Below, piece by piece: positions 28,239 to 38,314 of a stretch of 64,000 nucleotides of DNA. The stretch is from Patescibacteria group bacterium. GTDB lineage: Bacteria > Patescibacteriota > Patescibacteriia > UBA2591 > UBA6264. Each line of letters opens with the position of its first letter. Position 1 is the stretch's first letter. Below the pieces are notes generated by a model that saw only the letters and a list, made by a program, of their open reading frames with translations, ran no database searches and had not been told where the DNA came from. Where the stretch lies: contig JADHVF010000002.1 of assembly GCA_016784145.1 (NCBI GenBank), positions 112,357 through 176,356 of the forward strand. Direction: 5' to 3'. Position numbers and translations under genes: made by a program.

Positions 28239-31200
28239 ATGAAAGAGACAAAGAAAACTTTTTTTTCAAATAAAAATTCAAATATTTTTTTGCCAGATTT
28301 AATAAGCATCCAAAAAGAGTCGTATTCACGATTTTTAAATCAAGGATTAAAAGAATTATTAAAAGAATTCTCTCCAGTAAAAGATTTAATAGGGGATGCT
28401 TTTGAATTATATTTTGTAAGCCTGTCTGTTGATGAGCCAAGGTTTGACGAAATAACTACTAAAAATAAAAATTTAACATACGAAGCTCCCTTAACAGTAA
28501 AGGTTCGTTTATTAAATAAAAAAACAGGTAAAAAAATAACACAAAAAGTCCATTTTGGAGATATGCCCTTGATGACAGATCAAGGGACTTTTATTATTAA
28601 TGGGATTGAAAGAGTTGTTGTGCAGCAGCTTGTTCGATCGCCTGGAGTATTTTTTTCAAGTAAATTAATCAAAGGGCGATTTTTTTATGGTGCAAAAATT
28701 ATTCCAGACAGAGGGGCTTGGCTTGAATTTGAGACAGATTTTCGCAATGTTCTCTGGGCAAGAATAGATAGACAAAGGAAAACATCAGTGACAGCTCTTT
28801 TAAGAGTGTTTGGAATAAAAACAGATAAGGAAATTATTGATATTTTTAAAAAATTAGCTAAAAGAGATAAATTAGAAGAGAGCTTGGTGCTTGATTATAT
28901 AAAAGCAGCCATGGAAAAAGACCCATCAACAACAGAAGAAGAAGGGCTAATAGAGGTTTACCGTAAAATTAGACCTGGAGACATGGCCACGGTTGATAAT
29001 GCTCGTTCTTTAATTTATGCCATGTTCTTTAATCATAATAGATATGACATGAGTAAGGTTGGTAGATTTAAAATGAATAGTCGATTAGAGATTGATACTA
29101 AAATAAAAGAAAGAACAATCAGACAAGAAGATCTGATTGAAATTATTTTTGAAATAATAAAATTTAATATAACACAAATGCCATCAGATGACATTGACCA
29201 TCTTTTTAATAGAAGAATAAGAGCAGTTGGAGAATTGGTTCAAAATAGAATGAGAGTAGGCATGCTTAGATTACAAAGAATTATCAAAGATAGAATGAGC
29301 AGTATTACAGAATCAAAAAAAATTATTCCAGGTCAACTTATAAACATAAGGCCAGTTTCGGGAATTATTAGAGAATTTTTTATGTCTTCACAATTATCTC
29401 AGTTCATGGACCAGGTAAATGTATTATCAGAATTAGAACATAAAAGAAGATTAACTGTTGTTGGTCCTGGTGGATTAAACAAAGATCGAGCTGGAGCAGA
29501 GGTTCGTGATGTGCATAAAACTTACTATGGAAAAATATGTCCAATTCAAACCCCAGAAGGCCCAAGCGTTGGTTTAGTTGGCCAATTGACTTGTTATGCT
29601 AGAGTTAATGAATATGGGTTTATAGAATCGCCATATAGAAAAGTAAAAAATGGGAAATTAACAGAAGAAATTGTTTATCTTAATGCTTATGAAGAAGAAA
29701 AATACATTTTGGCTCCGTTTTTTACTAAGATTGATAAAAATGGAAAAATACAGATAAAACAAGTTGAAGCCAGGGTTTATGGGAGGCCCACTTTTGCGAA
29801 TTATAAAGACGTTGAGTTTATTGACATTGCTCCTAATCAAATAATTAGTGTTGGCACATCTCTTATTCCTTTTTTAGAGCATGATGATGGTGTGCGAGCT
29901 TTGATGGGGACAAATATGCAAAGACAGGCAGTCCCTTTGTTTAAGCCAGAATCTCCTGTTATTGGAACTGGTATTGAGGGTAAAATTGCTAGTGACTCAG
30001 GCTATTTAATTGAATCTGAAGCAAAAGGCAAGGTAAAAAAAGTAAGCGGGGATTATATTGAAGTTGTTTATGCTGGCAATAAAACAAAAAAATATCATTT
30101 AAATAAATATAGACGGTCAAATTTTGATACTTGCTTTGACCAGCATCCAGTGGCATTTAAAAATCAAAAATTAGATAAAGGAGACATTTTAGCAGAAGGG
30201 TCTTCAATAGAAGATGGGAAACTAGCTCTTGGGAGTAATTTTTTGGTTGCTTTTATGTCATGGGAAGGAAGCAATTATGAAGATGCTATTTGCATCTCTT
30301 CTAGGTTGATGAAAAACGATAAATTGACTTCATTGCATATTGCTCAGCATGTAATTGATATTAGGGAAACAAAATTTGGTCCAGAGGTCACTACTAGAGA
30401 TATTCCAAATGTTAGTGAAGAAAAGTTAGCGAATCTCGATCAAGAAGGAATAATTAGACAAGGAGCAGAGGTCAAGCCAGGAGATATTTTAATCGGGAAA
30501 ATAACTCCAAGAGGAGAGACTGAATTAAGCGCAGAAGAAAAATTATTAAGGGCGATTTTTGGAGAAAAAGCTCAAGATGTTCGAGATTCTTCTCTTTATT
30601 TAAAACACGGAGAATCTGGGAAGGTTATTAATATAAAAATTTTTTCAAGAGAAAATGGTGATAAATTAGGTCCGGGGATTGTAAAATCAATTCAAATTTT
30701 AGTTCTTAGTTTAAGAAAAATTCAAGTAGGAGATAAATTAGCTGGCAGACACGGAAATAAAGGGGTTGTTTCAAGAATTGTCTCAGAAGAAGATATGCCG
30801 TATTTGTTAGAAAATGGTCAACCAGTTGACATTATTCTTAATCCTCTAGGAATTGTTTCAAGAATGAATTTAGGGCAAGTACTGGAAACACATTTAGGAT
30901 TGGCTGCTAATAAATTAGGAAAAAAAATAATCACGCCTGCATTGAATGGCCTGACAGAAGACGAGATAGGAAAAAAATTAAACGAAGCCGGTTATAGTAA
31001 AACAGGGAAAATGAAACTTTGTGATGGCCGAACAGGTAAATTATTCCAGAACCCAGTAACAGTTGGAATAGCTTATATGTTAAAATTAAATCATTTGGTT
31101 GAAAATAAAATACATCAACGTTCAATAGGACCATATTCTTTAATTACTCAACAACCATTAGGAGGAAAAGCTCAATTTGGCGGGCAAAGATTTGGAGAAA

Positions 31201-31454
31201 TGGAAGTTTGGGCGTTAGAAGGATATGGAGCATCTTATAATTTACAAGAAATGCTTACAGTTAAATCAGATGATGTAACTGGTAGGACAAAAGCATATGA
31301 ATCAATTATAAATGGTAAACCAGTGACAGAAATTAATATACCAGAATCATTTAGTGTTTTAGTTCGTGAGCTTAAGGGGCTTGGATTAAATGTAGAAATG
31401 TTTAGAAATAAAAGAAATATTAATTTTGGATATTCAAAAAAAATAAATAAATAA
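28239..31454 (+). CDS. rpoB: RNA polymerase beta subunit
   Basis: FIINGIERVVV, SQLSQFMDQ, GDKLAGRHGNKG, GGQRFGEMEVWALE. Confidence 0.99.
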   Translation: MKETKKTFFSNKNSNIFLPDLISIQKESYSRFLNQGLKELLKEFSPVKDLIGDAFELYFVSLSVDEPRFDEITTKNKNLTYEAPLTVKVRLLNKKTGKKITQKVHFGDMPLMTDQGTFIINGIERVVVQQLVRSPGVFFSSKLIKGRFFYGAKIIPDRGAWLEFETDFRNVLWARIDRQRKTSVTALLRVFGIKTDKEIIDIFKKLAKRDKLEESLVLDYIKAAMEKDPSTTEEEGLIEVYRKIRPGDMATVDNARSLIYAMFFNHNRYDMSKVGRFKMNSRLEIDTKIKERTIRQEDLIEIIFEIIKFNITQMPSDDIDHLFNRRIRAVGELVQNRMRVGMLRLQRIIKDRMSSITESKKIIPGQLINIRPVSGIIREFFMSSQLSQFMDQVNVLSELEHKRRLTVVGPGGLNKDRAGAEVRDVHKTYYGKICPIQTPEGPSVGLVGQLTCYARVNEYGFIESPYRKVKNGKLTEEIVYLNAYEEEKYILAPFFTKIDKNGKIQIKQVEARVYGRPTFANYKDVEFIDIAPNQIISVGTSLIPFLEHDDGVRALMGTNMQRQAVPLFKPESPVIGTGIEGKIASDSGYLIESEAKGKVKKVSGDYIEVVYAGNKTKKYHLNKYRRSNFDTCFDQHPVAFKNQKLDKGDILAEGSSIEDGKLALGSNFLVAFMSWEGSNYEDAICISSRLMKNDKLTSLHIAQHVIDIRETKFGPEVTTRDIPNVSEEKLANLDQEGIIRQGAEVKPGDILIGKITPRGETELSAEEKLLRAIFGEKAQDVRDSSLYLKHGESGKVINIKIFSRENGDKLGPGIVKSIQILVLSLRKIQVGDKLAGRHGNKGVVSRIVSEEDMPYLLENGQPVDIILNPLGIVSRMNLGQVLETHLGLAANKLGKKIITPALNGLTEDEIGKKLNEAGYSKTGKMKLCDGRTGKLFQNPVTVGIAYMLKLNHLVENKIHQRSIGPYSLITQQPLGGKAQFGGQRFGEMEVWALEGYGASYNLQEMLTVKSDDVTGRTKAYESIINGKPVTEINIPESFSVLVRELKGLGLNVEMFRNKRNINFGYSKKINK

Positions 31455-31457
31455 AAT

Positions 31458-34400
31458 ATGCCTACTCCCTCAACAATTGGTACCATAAGTTTACAATCAA
31501 CAAGCAAATTAAAATCTTTTGATTTTGATTCTATTGGATTAAGCATTGCTTCATCAGAAGAAGTGTTGTCTTGGTCTTATGGAGAAGTACTAAAACCAGA
31601 AACCATCAATTATAGAAGCAGAAAACCAGAAAGAGATGGTTTGTTTTGTCAAAAAATTTTTGGACCTGTTAAAGATTGGCAATGTGCTTGTGGAAAGTAT
31701 AAAAAATTAAGATACAAGGGTATTGTTTGTGATCGTTGCGGAGTTGAAATAACCAGACGTCTAGTTAGAAGAAAAAGATTTGGACACATAAGTTTAGTAG
31801 CTCCAGTAGCTCATATTTGGTTTTTAAGAGGCATGCCATCAAAAATAGGTTTAATTCTAGGAATGACCATTCAGTCACTTGAAAAGGTGGTTTATTTTGC
31901 TAATTTTATTATCACAGATGTTAAAGAAGAATTAAAAGAAATTTTTTTAAAAGATTTATTAAAAGAATATCAAGATAAAAAGAAAGAAATCAAACAAGAT
32001 TTTAAAATTAATTCTGATGAATATTTTAATAGACTAGAACAATTAACAAGTAATTATAAATCAGCTAAAAATGAAATTTTAAAAATTAAAAGAAAAAATT
32101 TATTAACAGAAGTAGAATACAGAGATTTTTCTTTAAAATATGGACACATTTTTGAAGCAGATATTGGAGCAGAATCAATTTTAAGTTTACTAGCTACTAC
32201 TGACTTGAATAAGTTATTTAGAAAATTAAAAAAAGAAGAAGATAAAACAAGAAATCCTTTGGCTAAGAAAAAAATTGCCAGAAGAGCCAGATATGTTCAA
32301 GATTTTATTAAGAATAAAATCAGTCCGGCAAATATGATTTTAAATGTAATCCCGGTTATTCCTCCGGAGCTAAGGCCATTAGTGCCTCTAGATGGAGGGA
32401 GGTTTGCTTCTTCTGACTTAAATGACTTGTATCGTAGAGTTATAAATCGCAACAATAGATTGAAACGACTTTATGAACTTCGTTCTCCCGAAGTAATTTT
32501 AAGAAACGAAAAAAGAATGCTTCAAGAAGCAGTTGATGCTTTGTTTGATAATAATATGAGGGCAGGCAAAACAACTATTGCTTCCACGGGGCAAAAAAGA
32601 CCATTAAAATCTTTAGCAGATATACTAAAAGGCAAACAAGGGAGATTTAGAAAGAATTTATTAGGGAAAAGAGTAGATTATTCAGGCAGGTCAGTAATTG
32701 TAGTCGGCCCAAAATTAAAACTCCATCAATGTGGGTTGCCAAAAATAATGGCTATTGAACTTTTTAAGCCATTTGTTGCTTCTAAACTAATTGAAAAAGA
32801 GGTGGTTCATAATGTAAAAAGTGCTAATAGATTAATAGAAGATGGTCAAGATATTGTTTGGGATATATTAGAAGAGGTAACTAAAAAATCATATGTTCTT
32901 TTAAATAGAGCTCCGACACTTCATCGTTTAGGGATTCAAGCATTTCAGCCAGTATTAATAGAAGGCAAGGCAATTCAAATTCATCCTTTGGTTTGTGCTG
33001 CTTTTAATGCGGATTTTGACGGAGATCAGATGGCTGTTTATTTGCCTATTACTGCCAAAGGACAAACAGAAGCAAAAGAAATAATGCTTTCAACAAAAAA
33101 TATCTTAAAACCAGCTGATGGCAAGCCAGTTGTTGCTCCAACCCAAGATATAGTTTGGGGAGCATATCATATGACTTTTATTAGAAAAACAAAAACAAAA
33201 GAAAAAATGTATTTTAGTAGTATGGATGAAGCAATTTTGGCTCATGAGGCAAACAAAATAGATATTCAAGACAGAATTAATATTAAGGTTGATAAAAAAA
33301 TAATTAAAACAAGTTTGGGCAGGTTAATTTTTAATTCTACTCTGCCAAAAGGATTTTATGATTTGAAAAACCCAATCAGAAAGAAGGATTTAAAAGAAAT
33401 CATTGTTAAAATTTATGAACAACACGGAGAAGATTTAACAGTAGAAACTTTAGATAAAATCAAAAAAACAGCTATTTTTTTTCTTACACTTTCAGGTCTT
33501 TCATGGGGAATGGATGACTTGCCAGTCATTCCTGAAAAAGAAAAAATAATAAAATTATCTGAAAAAGAAATAGTAAAAATACAGTCAGAATATGATGAGG
33601 GGTTGCTTTCAGAAGAGGAAAGATATTTAAAAAGTATTGATGTCTGGTTAAAAACAAAAGATGAAATAACAGATATTGTTGTGCAGACAAAAAAAGATTA
33701 TGGGCCAGCTTTTTCAATGGTTCAATCAGGAGCAAGAGGCTCGTGGGTTCAATTATCACAAATGTTTGGCATGAGAGGGATTGTCTCTTCTCCTTCTGGT
33801 CGCTTAATAGAATTGCCAATTAAATCTTCTTTTAAAGAAGGATTTAGTGTTTTAGAGTTTTTTATCTCTACTCATGGTTCAAGGAAAGGAACAGCAGATA
33901 CAGCTTTAAGAACAGCCGAAGCAGGATATTTAACTAGAAGAATGGTTGATGTTGCTCAAGATATTGTTGTATCAGAAGAGAAGTGTAGTGATAAGCAAGG
34001 ATATAGAATTAGCAGTGAAGATAATAAAGAGGTTGGAGAAACATGGGAAGAAAGATTAACTGGCAGAACAGCTGCCCGGGATATAATTAACCTTAAAACG
34101 AAAAAAGTTATTGTTAAAACAGGAGAAATAATAGGGACAGAACAAGCCCAGACAATAGCAAAAATAGATCCAGAAGAAGTTTTCATATATTCTCTTCTTA
34201 CTTGTAAATTAAATAAAGGAGTTTGTGCTAGGTGTTATGGAAATGATTTGGCTTACAATAAAAAAGTCAAACAAGGAACTCCGGTTGGGATTATAGCAGC
34301 TCAAAGCATTGGTGAGCCTGGCACTCAATTAACTTTGAGAACTTTTCATACTGGAGGAGTGGCTGGAGAGGATATTACTCAAGGATTGCCAAGAGTTGAA

Positions 34401-35246
34401 GAAATATTTGAAACAAGAGCTCCTAAAAAGAAAGCTATTATATCTAATTATAATGGGACTGTTAGAATTAAAGATGAAAATAATTCCTCTAAGAAGATAG
34501 TGATTCAATACAAGGAATCACAAAAAGATGAACATAAAATTGATGATAATTGGAAATTAAAAGTAACTAATAAAGATAAAGTCTCAAAAGGAGATATTTT
34601 GGCAACATTTAAAAATAAGCAGATTAAAGCGATTAATAAAGGGGAAATAGAGTTAAATGTCAAAGATAAAATCAATGTTATTTATAACTCAATAAAAGAA
34701 GAGGAATATGAAGTAGGCGGATACAGAGTATTAGTAAAAGACAAAGAAAAAATAAACAAAGGACAGCTTTTAACCGATGGCAATCTTGACTTAAAAGAAG
34801 TTTATAAATTAAAAGGAAAATTAGAAGTTGAAAAGTATATTTTTAGGGAAATTCAATACATTTATTCATCTCAAGGGCAAAAATTAAACGATAAACATAT
34901 AGAGATAATAATTAAACAGATGTTTTCAAGGGTCAGGATTATAGATGCTGGTGATACAGAATTTTTAATCGGAGAAATAGTCTCCAAGAGTAATTTAGCA
35001 GAGGTTAATGATCAAATGAAAGCCAAGAAAAAAGCCCCGGCCAAGGCAAAAGAATTATTAACAGGAATAACAAAAGTTTCTTTATCAACTGATAGTTGGC
35101 TTTCATCGGCTTCATTTCAGCAAACATCAAGAGTTTTGATAGATGCTGCCATTAGTCAAAAAGTAGACAATCTAAAAGGATTGAAAGAAAATGTTATTAT
35201 CGGGCGATTAATACCAGTTGGCACAGGATATAAAACAAAAAAATAA
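31458..35246 (+). CDS. rpoC: RNA polymerase beta' subunit
   Basis: Zn finger CACG...CDRC, NADFDGDQM catalytic loop, SIGEPGTQLT, GLKENVIIG. Confidence 0.99.
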   Translation: MPTPSTIGTISLQSTSKLKSFDFDSIGLSIASSEEVLSWSYGEVLKPETINYRSRKPERDGLFCQKIFGPVKDWQCACGKYKKLRYKGIVCDRCGVEITRRLVRRKRFGHISLVAPVAHIWFLRGMPSKIGLILGMTIQSLEKVVYFANFIITDVKEELKEIFLKDLLKEYQDKKKEIKQDFKINSDEYFNRLEQLTSNYKSAKNEILKIKRKNLLTEVEYRDFSLKYGHIFEADIGAESILSLLATTDLNKLFRKLKKEEDKTRNPLAKKKIARRARYVQDFIKNKISPANMILNVIPVIPPELRPLVPLDGGRFASSDLNDLYRRVINRNNRLKRLYELRSPEVILRNEKRMLQEAVDALFDNNMRAGKTTIASTGQKRPLKSLADILKGKQGRFRKNLLGKRVDYSGRSVIVVGPKLKLHQCGLPKIMAIELFKPFVASKLIEKEVVHNVKSANRLIEDGQDIVWDILEEVTKKSYVLLNRAPTLHRLGIQAFQPVLIEGKAIQIHPLVCAAFNADFDGDQMAVYLPITAKGQTEAKEIMLSTKNILKPADGKPVVAPTQDIVWGAYHMTFIRKTKTKEKMYFSSMDEAILAHEANKIDIQDRINIKVDKKIIKTSLGRLIFNSTLPKGFYDLKNPIRKKDLKEIIVKIYEQHGEDLTVETLDKIKKTAIFFLTLSGLSWGMDDLPVIPEKEKIIKLSEKEIVKIQSEYDEGLLSEEERYLKSIDVWLKTKDEITDIVVQTKKDYGPAFSMVQSGARGSWVQLSQMFGMRGIVSSPSGRLIELPIKSSFKEGFSVLEFFISTHGSRKGTADTALRTAEAGYLTRRMVDVAQDIVVSEEKCSDKQGYRISSEDNKEVGETWEERLTGRTAARDIINLKTKKVIVKTGEIIGTEQAQTIAKIDPEEVFIYSLLTCKLNKGVCARCYGNDLAYNKKVKQGTPVGIIAAQSIGEPGTQLTLRTFHTGGVAGEDITQGLPRVEEIFETRAPKKKAIISNYNGTVRIKDENNSSKKIVIQYKESQKDEHKIDDNWKLKVTNKDKVSKGDILATFKNKQIKAINKGEIELNVKDKINVIYNSIKEEEYEVGGYRVLVKDKEKINKGQLLTDGNLDLKEVYKLKGKLEVEKYIFREIQYIYSSQGQKLNDKHIEIIIKQMFSRVRIIDAGDTEFLIGEIVSKSNLAEVNDQMKAKKKAPAKAKELLTGITKVSLSTDSWLSSASFQQTSRVLIDAAISQKVDNLKGLKENVIIGRLIPVGTGYKTKK

Positions 35247-35286
35247 TAAAAATAAAACCATTATAATCTTTAATTTTATATATAAT

Positions 35287-35316
35287 ATTCCAGGAAATTA
35301 TTTCTTGGAATTTTTT
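35287..35316 (+). terminator. Intrinsic terminator after rpoC
   Basis: ATTCCAGGAAA-tta-TTTCTTGGAAT stem (one G-U) followed by a T run. Confidence 0.7.
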
Positions 35317-35339
35317 ATGTTATCAAAATATAGTAAACA

Positions 35340-35367
35340 TTGAAAATATTTTTTTATATGTTATAAT
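35340..35367 (+). promoter_or_regulatory. Promoter for ftsK (probably leaderless transcript)
   Basis: TTGAAA 35340-35345, 16 nt spacer, TGnTATAAT ending at 35367; ATG at 35374. Confidence 0.62.
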
Positions 35368-35373
35368 TAATAT

Positions 35374-37494
35374 ATGCGAAAAATAAAAGCAAAAGTTAAT
35401 AAAAAGAAAAAAATTGTTCACCAAAATCATAAAGCAAGGCAACAAATAACAGGGGTTGTTTTAATTGTTGTAGCCGTGCTTTTGCTTTTGGGAATGTTTA
35501 ATTTAGCTGGTGTTGGTGGAGAATTTTTAAGTTTAATTTTTAAAATATTATTAGGCAGGGCTACTTGGGGAGTTCCTGTTTGCTTGCTTGTAATATCATT
35601 TTTTTATTTTGCTTACAATAAAGTTTCAGAAAAAAGTCATATATTTTCCTTTAAAGCTAGAATAGTAGCTTTATTTTTAATGGTTTTGATTTTGTCTGGG
35701 CTGGCTCATATTAATTTTATTAATGACAAAACATCATTTCAACTACATAATGGTGGGGGATATATTGGTTTTGGTTTGAGCTATATTATGCTTAATACTT
35801 TTGGCAATATTGCCACATGGGTTATTTTTATAGGATTTTTAATTGTTTTAGCAATTATTGTTTTAACGGGCTTAATTAAATTTGATTTTAAGAAAAGAAA
35901 AGATAGGTCAACAGAAAATCATCAGCAACAAAAATTAATTGATGATGTTTCTAACAAGAAACAACCAATAAGTTCAATTAAAAAAAAGTTAAAACCAAAG
36001 CTTTTTTCAATAAATAAAAAACAAGAATTTTCTGAAATTAATGTTGAGCAAAGTAAAAAAACTTTTTCTAATAAGAAAATAGATTTACCTCTTGATTTGT
36101 TAGATGGGTCTTTGTCTAGACCAAATGCAGGAGATACGGATGAAAATAAATTAATTATTGAAAATACATTGCAAAATTTTTCAATACCAGTTCAAATGGG
36201 GGAGACCAAAACAGGGCCTACTGTTACACAATATACTTTTAAACCAGCCGAGGGTATTAAATTATCAAAGATTACAACTTTACAAGATGATTTAGCCATG
36301 GCCCTCGCAGTTCATCCAATTCGAATTGAAGCCCCTATTCCGGGCAGGTCACTGGTTGGAGTGGAGGTTCCAAATAACAAAATAGCAGTTGTTAGATTGA
36401 AACAAATGCTAGATAGTAAAGAATTTAAGAATAGCCAATCAAACTTTACAATTTCTTTAGGCATGGATGTCTCAGGAGATGTTTGGCTGAGAGACTTTGA
36501 TAAAATGCCCCATTTATTAATTGCTGGTGCAACTGGCTCTGGTAAAACAATTTTTTTGAATGCAATAATAATTAGTTTGCTTTACCAAAATTCAATAGAA
36601 GATTTAAGATTTATTCTAATTGATCCTAAAAAAGTTGAATTAACTCTTTATAATACCTTGCCACATCTTTTAACTCCAGTGATTACTGACCCTGATAAAG
36701 CAGTTAGTTCATTAAGATGGGCAATCACAGAGATGGACAGACGTTTTGAAGTTTTGTCAAAAGCAAAAAAAAGAGATATTTCTTCTTACAATAAATATGC
36801 AGAAGAAAAATTACCAAATATAATTATAATAATAGATGAATTAGCAGATTTAATGGCTCTTGTCCCTCAAGAATTAGAATCATGTATTGTAAGATTGACT
36901 CAAATGGCTAGAGCAGTTGGAATTCATTTGATTTTAGCAACTCAAAGACCTTCTGTTAATGTGATTACAGGAATAATAAAAGCAAATATTACAAATAGAA
37001 TTGCTTTTTCAGTGGCTTCCTTGATTGATTCTAGAACAATTTTAGATTTCTCAGGGGCTGAAAAGCTACTAGGCAGAGGGGACGCGCTTTTTATTTCTTC
37101 GGAATTATCAAAGCCCAAAAGAATTCAAGCTGCTTATGTTTCAGACCAAGAGGTAAAAAAAGTAGTTTCTTATTTAACTGAAAAACTAGATCAATCTTAT
37201 GATGAAGAGGTTATTAAAGAACCAGCCCAAGAAACAACTGATGGTTTTAGTGATTTAAAACAAGATGAATTATTGCCAGAAGCAGAGGAAATAATTATTC
37301 AGGCTGGCAAAGCATCTGCATCTTATTTACAAAGAAGACTAAGAATTGGCTATGCTCGGGCAGCTCGAATACTTGATTTATTGGAAGAAAAAGGGATTAT
37401 TGGTCCGGCAGATGGAGCCAAGCCAAGAAAAGTTTATAAGTCATTTGAAGAAAATAGTGAGACAGAAGACACAGAAGAAGCTGATAATCAATAA
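35374..37494 (+). CDS. ftsK: DNA translocase FtsK/SpoIIIE
   Basis: N-terminal TM domain, IRIEAPIPG, MPHLLIAGATGSGKT, IIIDELADLM, ATQRPS, gamma domain LQRRLRIGYARAAR. Confidence 0.97.
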   Translation: MRKIKAKVNKKKKIVHQNHKARQQITGVVLIVVAVLLLLGMFNLAGVGGEFLSLIFKILLGRATWGVPVCLLVISFFYFAYNKVSEKSHIFSFKARIVALFLMVLILSGLAHINFINDKTSFQLHNGGGYIGFGLSYIMLNTFGNIATWVIFIGFLIVLAIIVLTGLIKFDFKKRKDRSTENHQQQKLIDDVSNKKQPISSIKKKLKPKLFSINKKQEFSEINVEQSKKTFSNKKIDLPLDLLDGSLSRPNAGDTDENKLIIENTLQNFSIPVQMGETKTGPTVTQYTFKPAEGIKLSKITTLQDDLAMALAVHPIRIEAPIPGRSLVGVEVPNNKIAVVRLKQMLDSKEFKNSQSNFTISLGMDVSGDVWLRDFDKMPHLLIAGATGSGKTIFLNAIIISLLYQNSIEDLRFILIDPKKVELTLYNTLPHLLTPVITDPDKAVSSLRWAITEMDRRFEVLSKAKKRDISSYNKYAEEKLPNIIIIIDELADLMALVPQELESCIVRLTQMARAVGIHLILATQRPSVNVITGIIKANITNRIAFSVASLIDSRTILDFSGAEKLLGRGDALFISSELSKPKRIQAAYVSDQEVKKVVSYLTEKLDQSYDEEVIKEPAQETTDGFSDLKQDELLPEAEEIIIQAGKASASYLQRRLRIGYARAARILDLLEEKGIIGPADGAKPRKVYKSFEENSETEDTEEADNQ

Positions 37495-37638
37495 TTAGTA
37501 ATCATTAATCACTAATCAATAATCACTAATAAATAATAAATAATCACTAATCAATAATCACTAATAAATAATAAATAATCAATAATCACTAATCAATAAT
37601 CAATAATCACTAATCGTTAATCAATAATAAATAATCAA
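37485..37638. repeat. Tandem heptamer array, 22 x TAATNNN (mainly TAATCAA/TAATCAC/TAATAAA)
   Basis: 154 bp in exact 7-bp register; overlaps the ftsK stop and ends 4 nt before the next start codon. Confidence 0.95.
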
Positions 37639-37642
37639 TAAA

Positions 37643-38305
37643 GTGTCTTTTATTCGTCATAAAATTAAAAATAATACAATTGGAGATGTTCTTAAACAAG
37701 TTCGTAAATCTTTTAATTTATCTTTGAAACAAGTAGAATCAAAGACAAATATTTCCTTAAATTATTTGAAGTTTTTAGAAAATAATAATTTTTATAAATT
37801 TTCAAGTCCATCTTATGCCAGGGGAGCTCTTAAAAAATATTCAGAGTTCTTAAAAATTGATTCCAAAGACATGATAACCAATCTTAACAGAGATTTTAAG
37901 GTTGGTTTTAATAAAAATAGAGAGACATTATCTAAAACAAACAAATTAAAATTATCAAAACAATCTTTTGGTATTAAATCAGCTTTTGTGACTGTTTTTA
38001 TGCTTTTAGTTTTGCTTTATTTAGGCATTAATATAAAGCAAGGAGTGCTAACATCTCCAGAAATTAAAATTTTTAATCCAGTAGATAATTTAATAACACA
38101 AGAATCAACCCTTATTATCAAAGGAAGAGTATCTCCAATATCTTCAAATCTTTTTGTGAACAATGAATCAATAGTGCTTAATAGCAATGGATTTTTTAAA
38201 CAAGAAATAGAGCTTTCGCCTGGATTAAATAATATTGAAATTTCTGCAACCAAACAACATGCTAAAAAAACAGTTATTAATAGAAAAATAATTTTAAAAG
38301 AATAA
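37643..38305 (+). CDS. RodZ-like protein (XRE HTH, TM, Ig-like C-terminal domain)
   Basis: IGDVLKQVR...LSLKQV...ISLNYLKFLE...YARGALKKYSEFL; central TM; C-terminal L.PGLNNIEISA; ftsK-rodZ-recA synteny; GTG start uncertain. Confidence 0.8.
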   Translation: MSFIRHKIKNNTIGDVLKQVRKSFNLSLKQVESKTNISLNYLKFLENNNFYKFSSPSYARGALKKYSEFLKIDSKDMITNLNRDFKVGFNKNRETLSKTNKLKLSKQSFGIKSAFVTVFMLLVLLYLGINIKQGVLTSPEIKIFNPVDNLITQESTLIIKGRVSPISSNLFVNNESIVLNSNGFFKQEIELSPGLNNIEISATKQHAKKTVINRKIILKE

Positions 38306-38314
38306 TTTTATTAT

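Noticed and set aside
37485-37638. CRISPR array
   Set aside because: The period is 7 bp with no unique spacers and no cas genes; it is a tandem repeat.
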